Assembly (NCBI GenBank): GCA_041476685.1
Contig: JBGOTW010000003.1
Location: forward strand, 1 to 49,658
Source: a bacterium
GTDB lineage: Bacteria; SAR324; JACQKK01
Length of the DNA: 49,658 bases
Reading direction: 5' to 3'
The translations under genes were made by a program, and so were the position numbers. The stretch's first letter is position 1. Each line of letters starts with the position of its first letter. Positions 16,730-25,532 of the stretch are shown here, in pieces. The notes under the pieces were generated by a model. That model saw nothing but the letters and a program-made list of their open reading frames with translations. It searched no databases and was not told where the DNA came from.

Positions 16730-18353
16730 GAGAAGGCCAGACACTCCACCACCGCCGCAGCCGGCCGCGCAGCGCGGCCAGGCCGATCCCCAGCTCGTGC
16801 TGCAGAGCCGCTTCGGACTCTCCGCCTTCCGCACGGGTCAACGCGAGATCATCGCCTCCGTGCTGGCCGGACGCGACACGCTGGCGATCCTGCCCACGGG
16901 GGGCGGCAAGTCCCTCTGCTACCAGTTGCCGGCGGTGGCGGTGGACGCGCTGGTCATCGTGATCTCTCCGCTCATTTCGCTGATGCGCGACCAGGTGGCG
17001 GCCTTGCACGCCCTGGGCATTCCGGCGGGCTGCATCCACTCGGGCCAGGCCGTCGCCGACAAGCGCGCGGTGTTCGAGCAGCTCCAGGCCGGGGGCGGTT
17101 ACGTGCTGTACCTGTCGCCGGAGCGTGCGCAGAAGCCGGGCTTCGCCCGCTGGCTGTCCGCCCGGCAGCCCCTCCTGTTTGCCATTGACGAGGCGCATTG
17201 CGTCTCGCAGTGGGGCCACGACTTCCGGCCGGACTACCTGCGCCTGTCGCTCCTGCGCGAACTGCGGCCGGACGTCCCGATCCTGGCGCTGACGGCCACG
17301 GCCACGCCGCAGGTGGTGACCGACATGAGCCGCACGCTGCAGTTGCGGCAGCCTGAGCGCCACATCCACGGCTTCTATCGCCCCAACCTGTATTGTCAGG
17401 TGGTGCCGTGCCGGGACGAGGCGGACAAGACCGCGTACCTCGTCCAGGCCCTGCGCCAGGTTCAGACCGGGCGGGTGATCGTGTACTGCGGCACGCGCCG
17501 GTCGAGCGAGGATGTGGCGGCGGAGCTGGAATTCGGCTTCCCAGGCGTGGCGTACTATCACGCGGGCCTGCCGCCGGAGGAGCGCACGCGCGTCCAGGAG
17601 GACTTCGCCGCCGGGCGCCTGCGCATCCTCACCGCCACCAACGCCTTCGGCATGGGCATAGACCATCCGGACGTGCGGCTGATCGTGCACTACCAGCTGC
17701 CCGGCACGCTGGAGGCCTACTATCAGGAGATGGGCCGCGCCGGGCGGGACGGCCTGCCCGCCACGTGTCTGCTGCTCCACGCCAAGCGCGACAAGAGCCT
17801 GCAAACGTACTTCATCCGCGAATCCGAAGCCCCGCCCCAGGTGATCCGCCAGCGCTGGGCGCAGCTGGACGCCATGATCGCGTTCAGCGAGAGCGGCACC
17901 TGCCGCCACGCGGGCATCCTCGCCTACTTCCGCGACGCCCAGCGGCTCGATCGCTGCGGCCACTGCGACGTGTGCGACCCCGCCGCCGCGCAGGCGATCG
18001 CGGTGCCCCCCCACCGGCGCGCGCCCCGCGCCCCCCGCGCTCCCCGTGCTCCCCGTGCGAGCCGGCAGGAGCGGCGGAGGGTGGAGGAGGCCGCGGCGCG
18101 GCCCATGACCCCGGACCAGACGGCCCTGGCCGACCGCATCCGCGCCTGGCGTCTCGACTGGGCCAAGGCCAACGACGTCCCGGCGTTCCTCGTCTTCAGC
18201 GACAAGACGCTGCGCGCCCTCGTCAGCCGGCGGCCCGCGACCCCCGCCGAGCTGAACGCCGTATCCGGCATCGGGCCGCGCAAGATCGAACAGTTCGGCA
18301 ACGCGCTGCTGGACGCGCTCAGCGCAGGGGAGCGGGGAGACTGCGCGCGATGA
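16728..18353 (+). CDS. recQ: RecQ-family ATP-dependent DNA helicase with HRDC domain
   Basis: PTGGGKSLCYQLP, DEAHCVSQWGHDFRPDY, QEMGRAGRDG, Zn motif C..CGHCDVC, HRDC (VPAFLVFSDKTL..GIGPRK). Confidence 0.93.
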   Translation: MRRPDTPPPPQPAAQRGQADPQLVLQSRFGLSAFRTGQREIIASVLAGRDTLAILPTGGGKSLCYQLPAVAVDALVIVISPLISLMRDQVAALHALGIPAGCIHSGQAVADKRAVFEQLQAGGGYVLYLSPERAQKPGFARWLSARQPLLFAIDEAHCVSQWGHDFRPDYLRLSLLRELRPDVPILALTATATPQVVTDMSRTLQLRQPERHIHGFYRPNLYCQVVPCRDEADKTAYLVQALRQVQTGRVIVYCGTRRSSEDVAAELEFGFPGVAYYHAGLPPEERTRVQEDFAAGRLRILTATNAFGMGIDHPDVRLIVHYQLPGTLEAYYQEMGRAGRDGLPATCLLLHAKRDKSLQTYFIRESEAPPQVIRQRWAQLDAMIAFSESGTCRHAGILAYFRDAQRLDRCGHCDVCDPAAAQAIAVPPHRRAPRAPRAPRAPRASRQERRRVEEAAARPMTPDQTALADRIRAWRLDWAKANDVPAFLVFSDKTLRALVSRRPATPAELNAVSGIGPRKIEQFGNALLDALSAGERGDCAR

Positions 18354-18976
18354 CCCTCGACCTCTGGCTCGCGTTCGTCGTCGCCGCGGTCATCCTCGTC
18401 GCCATCCCCGGCCCGACTGTGATGCTCGTCGTGGGCTACGCCCTGTCCCAGGGACGGAGCTCGGGGCGGTATACGGTGCCGGGCGTGGCGCTGGGGGACG
18501 TGACGGCGATGAGCCTGTCGTTCATCGGGCTGGGCGCGCTCCTGGCGGCGTCGGCGGAGCTGTTCCGGGCGGTGCAATGGGCGGGGGCGGCGTACCTGGT
18601 GTACCTGGGCGTTCAGCTTTGGCGCGCGCCGCCGGTCGTCGCCGCGGCGCCGGTTCCGCGCGGTGCCTCCTCGCGCTGGCGGATGCTGGGGCATGCCTGG
18701 GCCGTGACGAGCCTCAATCCCAAGGGCATCGTGTTCTTCGTCGCGTTCGTGCCGCAGTTCCTCTCTCCCAATTTGCCCGTTGCCCCCCAGCTGCTCCTGC
18801 TCGGCGCCACCTTCAGCGTGATCGCCACGCTCAACTCCATCGCCTACGCGCTCCTCGCCGGGTCGGTGCGGGCCGCCGTGAGCGAGCCCCGCGTGGTGCG
18901 TGCCATCCATCGCATCGGCGGCAGCATCCTCATCGCGGCAGGAATTGTCACGGCCGGACTGAAGCACGTGGCCTGA
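18350..18976 (+). CDS. LysE/RhtB family exporter
   Basis: IPGP, GAAYLVYLG, LNPKGIVFF; ATGA overlap with recQ. Confidence 0.92.
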   Translation: MTLDLWLAFVVAAVILVAIPGPTVMLVVGYALSQGRSSGRYTVPGVALGDVTAMSLSFIGLGALLAASAELFRAVQWAGAAYLVYLGVQLWRAPPVVAAAPVPRGASSRWRMLGHAWAVTSLNPKGIVFFVAFVPQFLSPNLPVAPQLLLLGATFSVIATLNSIAYALLAGSVRAAVSEPRVVRAIHRIGGSILIAAGIVTAGLKHVA

Positions 18977-19395
18977 ATCCCGTCTTCCGGCGGCGGAAGC
19001 GGCCTGTCCCGGATTGCTCGCAAGAGGGCGAAAGCCGTCCGGGATGCGGAGAACTGCCGTGACGGCCCGTTCCCGCTGGCCGCTATGACCCGGCCCCGAG
19101 TCCGGCGGCCCGACCGGATCGCCCGGCAAGTCAGACGGGTAGAAATCCGGCGCTCCGAATTCAGCCGCAATTGGACTGAAAAACGAGCTTGGTGGCCGCC
19201 GCGTCCTGAAATGGTCATGCGCACGGGGCGGACAAGGAGTACGATGACCAAGGATGGTTGAGATAGGGATTTGCGACGACAACGGAGTGCCCGCCGACAG
19301 CAAGGCTATCCGGACACGACGGACGCGTGGCCGCTTGGAATGCGGCGACGCACGCATGGCCGTTCAGCTTCCGCGCAGCGATCAAAGGGTGCGTC

Positions 19396-20109
19396 ATGGA
19401 TAGCAAGTGGCTGCAGAATATTTTCGGGGGAAGGGAGGACGCGACCCTAACGCTGAACCTGCTTCACCGGAACCGGACGCCGGTGCTGGTGGAAATCGAG
19501 CGCTCGCTGCTGCGCTTCAAGTCCCTGCTCACGCTGCGGGACAAGGCCGTCGTGATCGCAAAGCCGGCGGAGTACCAGGATGCGCTGAAGACCGGGGACC
19601 ATGTGCGGATCCGCTGGTCGGGCGCGGAGCGGCACGAGATGCGCCTGGAGGTGGTCCACCCGCACGTCAACCTGCCCAACGGCCACGCGGGCTTCGTCTG
19701 CAGGGTGCACGAACCGATCACGCAGCCGCGCCGCAATCATGAACGCTATGACGTCAGCCGCTTCAGCAACCTCACGGCCGAGATCGGGGGCGGGCAGTTT
19801 CGCCTGCTGGACCTGTGCGAGTCCGGTTGCCGCTTGGCGCTGGCGGGCAATACGAGCCAGATCCGGATCGCGCAGGGCCATGAAATGCACCAAGCCACGC
19901 TCTGGGTCGGCTCGGGCGCCAAGGTGGAGCTGTCGCGCCTGATGCCGCTCTCCGAAGGAAGCGGCTTCATCGGCTGCGCGTTCGAGGTCAAGCAGGACGG
20001 GAAGTCCCCGCAAGTCCTGGCGCAGGTCATCCATTCGGTGGAGGAGAAGCAGGTCGAAGTGCTGCACCCCCATGAGCACCGGGTCGAGCATCCCGTGAAG
20101 GCAAGCTAA
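19396..20109 (+). CDS. PilZ-domain-like protein (YcgR-type architecture)
   Basis: RRNHERY (RxxxR) and DLCESG (DxSxxG variant) after an N-terminal beta domain. Confidence 0.6.
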   Translation: MDSKWLQNIFGGREDATLTLNLLHRNRTPVLVEIERSLLRFKSLLTLRDKAVVIAKPAEYQDALKTGDHVRIRWSGAERHEMRLEVVHPHVNLPNGHAGFVCRVHEPITQPRRNHERYDVSRFSNLTAEIGGGQFRLLDLCESGCRLALAGNTSQIRIAQGHEMHQATLWVGSGAKVELSRLMPLSEGSGFIGCAFEVKQDGKSPQVLAQVIHSVEEKQVEVLHPHEHRVEHPVKAS

Positions 20110-20349
20110 ACGGCCCGGACGAGCGCAGGCCATCCGGCAAGCGGCGAATCCCTGGTAAACGCGGTTTCGCCGGTCCGCGCGGAATTGGCTATCCGTCGCG
20201 CACGAAGTCCCTTATCCTGCAAACATCCCTTGCACCCATGCGTTCCCGCCCGCCAATTCGCGGCCTTGCTCGCCTGGTCTTGTTCGCCTGCACCCTCCGT
20301 CCGGCACAATTTCCGCCCGCACCGCCGGCGGACATCGAGGAGCGCGGCT

Positions 20350-20979
20350 ATGCCCGGCGTCATGACGGACCTGCTGCAACGCATTCGGGGCCTGGAAGAC
20401 GAGCTGGAGGCGGAGCTGGCGCGCCGCGCGGGCGAACTGCCCCGCGACCTCAGGCGCAGGGGCGTACGGTTCGAGCAGGACCTGCTCGAGGCGCACCGCC
20501 GCCTGCGGATGGGGCTGTATCGCTTCCTGCGCACGACCCCCATCACGACGTACCTGACGGCGCCGGTGATCTACGCCCTGATCTTTCCGCTCGGGCTGCT
20601 CGACCTGGCGATGAGCGTGTACCAGTGGATCTGCTTCCCCGCCTATGGCATCCCCCGCGTGCGGCGCGGCGCCTTCGTCGCGCTCGACCGCCGCGAACTC
20701 GGCTACCTGAACCTGATCGAGAAAGTGAACTGCGTGTACTGCGGTTACGGCAACGGCGTCCTCGCCTACGCGCGGGAGGTCGCCAGCCGCACCGAGCAGT
20801 ACTGGTGCCCGATCAAGCATGCGCGCTCCATCGCCGGCGCCCACCGCCGCTATGGGGGATTCCTGGAGTACGGCGACGGGGAAGGCTACCGCACGCGGCT
20901 CGAGGAGCTGCGCACCGAAGTGCGCAAGCTGGAGCCAGAGCAAGGGGCGAACGCCCCGGCGGGCCCCCACCCGCTCTGA
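20350..20979 (+). CDS. hypothetical membrane-anchored Cys-motif protein
   Basis: GAGGAG RBS; hydrophobic segment, then NCVYCGYGNG and YWCPIKHA. Confidence 0.8.
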   Translation: MPGVMTDLLQRIRGLEDELEAELARRAGELPRDLRRRGVRFEQDLLEAHRRLRMGLYRFLRTTPITTYLTAPVIYALIFPLGLLDLAMSVYQWICFPAYGIPRVRRGAFVALDRRELGYLNLIEKVNCVYCGYGNGVLAYAREVASRTEQYWCPIKHARSIAGAHRRYGGFLEYGDGEGYRTRLEELRTEVRKLEPEQGANAPAGPHPL

Positions 20980-21148
20980 AGCCCGTCCTAGTCCGGCCCC
21001 GCGAATCCCGGTATCGTTTGCCGGCGTGAGCGCACCCGTTGGGGGTGCCGCGCCGTCACGTCGTCCCCCCGTTCCCGCGCCGCCCGGGATGCCTCGTCCG
21101 CGAGCCGTCCCGGGCTTCCGGGCCTCCCTCGAATCCGGATGAACCGCG

Positions 21149-22300
21149 ATGAAATTCGGCACCGCCTGCATCCATGCCGGGCAAGCGCCCGACCCGAGCA
21201 CGGGCGCCATCATGACGCCCATCTACCAGACTTCCACCTATGTCCAGTCCGCGCCGGGCCGGCACAAGGGCTACGACTACGCCCGCACGGGCAACCCGAC
21301 GCGCACGGCGCTGGAGGCGAACCTGGCGGCGCTGGAGGGCGCGACCCACGGCATCTGCTTCGCCAGCGGGCTGGGGGCGATGGACGGCGTGATGCGCCTG
21401 CTGAGCGCGGGGGATCACGTCGTCGCCTGCGACGACGTGTACGGGGGGACGTACCGCTTGTTCATGCAGGTCTTCGCGCGCTACGGCCTGGAGTTCTCGT
21501 TCACCGACATGAGCGACCCCAAGCAGGTGCGGGCGGCGATCACGCCCCACACCCGGCTCGTCTGGCTGGAGTCGCCGACCAATCCGCTGCTCAAGGTGCT
21601 CGACATCCGGGCCATCGCGGACGTGGCGCGGCAGGCGGGCGCGCTGGTCGGCGTGGACAACACGTTCGCCACGCCCTACCTGCAGCAGCCGCTCGCCCTC
21701 GGGGCGCACCTGGTCGTGCACAGCCTGACCAAGTACCTGGGCGGGCACTCGGACGTGATCGGCGGGGCCGTGCTCACGAGCGACGCGGGGCTTGCCGAGC
21801 GCCTGCACTACGTCCAGAACGCGGCGGGCGCGGTGCCCGGGCCGCTGGACTGCTTTCTCGTCCTGCGCGGCACCAAGACCCTGCACGTGCGCATGGAACG
21901 GCATTGCGAGAACGCGCTGCGCGTGGCCCGGTACCTGGACGCGCATCCCGCCGTGGGCCACGTGCACTACCCCGGCCTGCCGCACCATCCCCAGCACGCC
22001 CTGGCCGGGCGGCAGATGCGCGCCTTCGGCGGCATGGTCTCCTTCCGCCTCAAGGACGACTCGCTGGAGCGCGCGGCCAAGCTGTGCTCGGCGACGCGGC
22101 TATTCGCGCTGGCCGAGAGCCTGGGCGGCGTGGAGAGCCTCGTCGAGCATCCCGCCAGCATGACCCACGCCTCCATCCCCAAGGCCGTGCGCGAGAGCTA
22201 CGGCGTCAACGACAGCCTGATCCGCCTGTCCGTCGGCATCGAGGACGCGGAGGACCTGATCGAGGATTTGCGCCAGGCGCTGGAGGCGGCGGGGGGGTAG
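21149..22300 (+). CDS. metB: cystathionine gamma-synthase/gamma-lyase (PLP trans-sulfuration family)
   Basis: YARTGNPT, ESPTNP, DNTFATP, HSLTKYLGGHSD, AESLGGVESL, RLSVGIE; synthase versus lyase not resolved. Confidence 0.88.
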   Translation: MKFGTACIHAGQAPDPSTGAIMTPIYQTSTYVQSAPGRHKGYDYARTGNPTRTALEANLAALEGATHGICFASGLGAMDGVMRLLSAGDHVVACDDVYGGTYRLFMQVFARYGLEFSFTDMSDPKQVRAAITPHTRLVWLESPTNPLLKVLDIRAIADVARQAGALVGVDNTFATPYLQQPLALGAHLVVHSLTKYLGGHSDVIGGAVLTSDAGLAERLHYVQNAAGAVPGPLDCFLVLRGTKTLHVRMERHCENALRVARYLDAHPAVGHVHYPGLPHHPQHALAGRQMRAFGGMVSFRLKDDSLERAAKLCSATRLFALAESLGGVESLVEHPASMTHASIPKAVRESYGVNDSLIRLSVGIEDAEDLIEDLRQALEAAGG

Positions 22301-22376
22301 GAGGCGGCTTGTTGCACGCGGGTCAGGAACAGTAAAGGCAGGGTCTGACGCCGGGACGTCGGCGCAACCTCGCCGG

Positions 22377-23639
22377 CTACCAGGGATAGAACGCCGTCAG
22401 CACCGTGGTGAGGCCTTCGCTGCCCACGGCGATTTCGGCGCGGTAGACGGACCCGGACGCGGTGACGAGGCGCAGCCCGACTCCGGCGTCATCCTTCCAG
22501 TGCGATCCCAGCGTGCCCGGTTCCTCCGCGACCGACCCGGCCTCATAGAACGTCGCCAGCTGCACGCCGGTGCGGACATCCTGGAAGAACAGATAGTCGA
22601 ACGGGGTGAACTCGTCGGTCAGGTTCCAGCGCAACTCCGCCGAGGCGTAGAGCGTGTGGGCCCCTTTGAAGCGGTCGGCCGGATATCCGCGCAGGTAGGA
22701 ATCGCCCCCCAGCGAGGCCGAGGTGCCGTTGCGGTTGGCGGCAAGGTCGTTGTTGACCAGCGCGGCCTGGGAGGCGAGACAGGCGGTGTCGGACGACGCG
22801 CAGCCGAGGTCATTGATCTGATTGAGAACGGAGGCGCGGGTTTCGCCCGTCTTGCGGACGACGGCGTCCGACTGGAACGCGTGGAAGGCCAACGTGCTCT
22901 GGCTGCCCAGCGGCAGGTACGCGCTTAGGCGGTAGTCCAGCGTGTAGAAATCGGGCTGCACCGTGGCTTGGCGGGGCGAGTCCGCGTACTCGGTGACGAA
23001 TCGTACGCCACGCCGGGGATCGAAGTACTCGTCGGTCAGGTCGAGCCGGACGCCCGCTCGACCCTCGATGGAATAGGCGCTCTGCGGCTCGGTGAAGCTG
23101 CTGATGACGTGACCCGCGCTGTCCCGCACGCGCTTCAGGCGCGCGCCGGACTGGACGGCCCGCACGTAGAGGTCCAGCCGGCGCTCCCAGCGGGTGTAGG
23201 TCAATTGCGGGGCATAGTATTCGAGTTTGTCGAATTCCAGGAGCGTGTACGTGTCGGAGATCGAATCCATGCCCCGGAACGTGTAGTTGCGGGCCTGGAA
23301 CTTCGTGATGTTGAGCGTGAGCAGGTCGAAGAGCAGCCTCCTCTCCACCACCTGCACCTGCTCGATGGATGCGAACACGGCCTCGATATCGCCTTGCAGG
23401 AACGCAATGTAGGCGCGGTGGGGAAACAGGTGATTCGTCTCGTACAGGAGCACGCCGAACCCGGATCCGATGCCCGGGATGCTGTAGGGCAGCGGCAGCG
23501 CCAGGTAGGATTCCGTGGCGGGAAACGAGTCCCGGCGGCGCGGAACGACCCAGTCGTCTCCCGCGAAGGCGCTGTGGGCCCATGCGGAGGACAGCGCCAG
23601 CGCGGCGATGGCCAAGACGCGGGAGTGGCTCCGGAACAT
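22377..23639 (-). CDS. Omp85/BamA-TamA-like outer-membrane beta-barrel, paralogue 2
   Basis: Signal peptide; D..FDPRRG, LGG..YLRGYP..RF, GVGLR; aromatic C-terminus YPW. Confidence 0.7.
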   Translation of the reverse strand: MFRSHSRVLAIAALALSSAWAHSAFAGDDWVVPRRRDSFPATESYLALPLPYSIPGIGSGFGVLLYETNHLFPHRAYIAFLQGDIEAVFASIEQVQVVERRLLFDLLTLNITKFQARNYTFRGMDSISDTYTLLEFDKLEYYAPQLTYTRWERRLDLYVRAVQSGARLKRVRDSAGHVISSFTEPQSAYSIEGRAGVRLDLTDEYFDPRRGVRFVTEYADSPRQATVQPDFYTLDYRLSAYLPLGSQSTLAFHAFQSDAVVRKTGETRASVLNQINDLGCASSDTACLASQAALVNNDLAANRNGTSASLGGDSYLRGYPADRFKGAHTLYASAELRWNLTDEFTPFDYLFFQDVRTGVQLATFYEAGSVAEEPGTLGSHWKDDAGVGLRLVTASGSVYRAEIAVGSEGLTTVLTAFYPW

Positions 23640-23685
23640 GGCTCGCCGGCGGAATCGGGAACGAAAGACTCCCGCGGCAAGACGG

Positions 23686-24942
23686 CTACCACGGATAGTT
23701 GACGATGATCGTGGTGTTGGCGCCCTCGTCGCCGTTCGCAACGTCCACCCGGTACACGGCGCCCGACTGGGTCACCATCCGCAGCCCGACCCCGTAGTCC
23801 GAACGCCAGCGCTGGCCCAGCCCGCTCTCCGTCTCGCCGACCGAGCCCGCCTCGAAGAAGGGGGCGACCTGCACACCGGTGCGGATGTCCTTGAAGAACA
23901 GGTAGTCGAAGGGAGTGACCTCCTCGGTGAGATACATGCGCAGCTCCGCCCCAAAATAGAACGTATGCGCGCCCTGGAAACGGCCTTGGGGATAGGCGCG
24001 CAGCAGGTTCTGCCCCCCCAACGCCAGGGACGTCCCGTTGGAGTTGGCCGCCAGCGCATTGGCCACCCGCGCCGCCTGGGCGGCTTGGCAGACCGCATCC
24101 CCGGCCGCGCAGCCGAGGTCGTTCTTGCGGTTGAGCGAGGCCAGGTCCGTATCGCCTCGGTCGCGCACCCGCGCGTCCGATTGCAGCACGCTGAGGGCGA
24201 GAATGCCCCGCTCCCAAATCGGGACATAGCCGTTCAGGCGCGTGGTCACGGTGTAGTAATCCGGCTGCGCGACGTCCTGGCGCGGAGCGTCCTTGTAGTC
24301 CACCAGCAGCCGCGCTCCACGGTGCGGGTCGTAGTACTCGTCGGTAAAGTCCAGCCGCACGCCCCCATGGTATTCGCGGTAGAAAGAGGTCGGCGGCTCG
24401 GTGAAGTCGCTGATCACGCCGCCCTTGGAGTCGCGAATCCGCACCAGCCGCACGCCCTCTTGCAGGGTCTGGGCATAGGCTTCGATCCTGCGCTCCCACG
24501 CCGTGTAGGTGAGCTGGCCCTGGTAATCCTGAACCTTGTTGGTCTCCAGCAGCGTGTAATCGTTCTTGCCGGTTTCCATCCCCCGCAGCGTGTAGTTGTT
24601 GACGGTGGCCTTGGTGATCTGCTCGACGAACAGGTCAAGCAGCAGCCGCTTGGGCAGGAGCTGGACCTGCTCCATACCGACGTTGGCGCCTTCGGCCTCG
24701 CCCGTGATGAGGATGAAGTACCCTCGTTGCAGAAAGTAGTAATTGGTCTCGTACGCAATGAGCGCCACCCCTGTTCCGATCCCGGGCAGGCTGTAGGGCA
24801 AGGGCAGGATGAGGTACGAGGGCTCGCTGGGAAACGGGTCCTTGCGGCGGGGAATGACCCAATCGGCGGCGGCGGCGGGAGCGGCGGCAGCGGCGAATAT
24901 GAGCGCGGCGCACAGCAGGAAAATCAGGCGGCGGATCCGCAC
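23686..24942 (-). CDS. Omp85/BamA-TamA-like outer-membrane beta-barrel, paralogue 1
   Basis: Ala-rich signal peptide; colinear with 22377-23639; LRAYP..RF, GVGLR, C-terminal YPW. Confidence 0.7.
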   Translation of the reverse strand: MRIRRLIFLLCAALIFAAAAAPAAAADWVIPRRKDPFPSEPSYLILPLPYSLPGIGTGVALIAYETNYYFLQRGYFILITGEAEGANVGMEQVQLLPKRLLLDLFVEQITKATVNNYTLRGMETGKNDYTLLETNKVQDYQGQLTYTAWERRIEAYAQTLQEGVRLVRIRDSKGGVISDFTEPPTSFYREYHGGVRLDFTDEYYDPHRGARLLVDYKDAPRQDVAQPDYYTVTTRLNGYVPIWERGILALSVLQSDARVRDRGDTDLASLNRKNDLGCAAGDAVCQAAQAARVANALAANSNGTSLALGGQNLLRAYPQGRFQGAHTFYFGAELRMYLTEEVTPFDYLFFKDIRTGVQVAPFFEAGSVGETESGLGQRWRSDYGVGLRMVTQSGAVYRVDVANGDEGANTTIIVNYPW

Positions 24943-25116
24943 GGCAATGACTCGCGGCTCGGGTGCGGCGCGGCAGGGCGCGTTCGCATCCTCAAGATCA
25001 TTCCCCCGCCTCGATCCTCTTGCCTATGCCACATATTGAGGAAAAGGAATTGAGGTACGTCAAGGCGTCCGGGAGCGGAGCGCGAGCGCCCGTGCCCGGC
25101 CAGGCGGAAGGGACAG

Positions 25117-25422
25117 CCCAGGGCAACCGCAAAGTCCTCGGTCGTGTCGATTCGGCCGTGCGCTCCCGCCTGCGGCGGGCCTCATCCGCCCTGCGGGCAC
25201 CTTCTCCAACGCCGAATTGCCGGCGTGGAGAAGGACTCCTCGCCCGGAGCCTATCCCTTCTCCAACCCGCGCTGCATGCGGGTTTGGAGAAGGTGGCGCA
25301 CTGCGCCACCGGCGCCGGCGGCGCGGGCCGGATGAGGCGCGAGCGAAGCGAGCGTGCTGAGCGGACGATCGAGCAATGCTTGTGCCACAACAGCTGATTC
25401 TGGACTTTGCGGTTGCCCTGGG
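25117..25422. mobile_element. MITE family B, copy carrying an inserted REP doublet
   Basis: Perfect 21-bp IR cccagggcaaccgcaaagtcc (25117-25137) / ggactttgcggttgccctggg (25402-25422); doublet 25179-25338; homologue at 49369-49506. Confidence 0.85.
25373..25387 (-). promoter_or_regulatory. sigma54-type -24/-12 motif inside MITE B
   Basis: Minus strand reads TGGCAC-AAGCA-TTGC, matching consensus TGGCAC-N5-TTGC. Confidence 0.45.
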
Positions 25423-25439
25423 GAAAGGTCTCGCGGGAT

Positions 25440-25469
25440 TTGTCTTAGCGGGTGCGAACGCTGTACTAT
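25440..25469 (+). promoter_or_regulatory. putative sigma70 promoter of pckG
   Basis: TTGTCT-18nt-TACTAT, about 60 nt upstream of the start. Confidence 0.35.
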
Positions 25470-25532
25470 ACAAAATTGTTGCCCGGATCCGGGGGGGCCT
25501 GCGATCAGCACTGGCATATTGAGGGAAGCGTC

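Noticed and set aside
20219-20230. gcaaacatccct, an exact reverse complement of 5124-5135
   Set aside because: Only 12 bp with no adjacent shared sequence; could be a TIR remnant but chance cannot be excluded.
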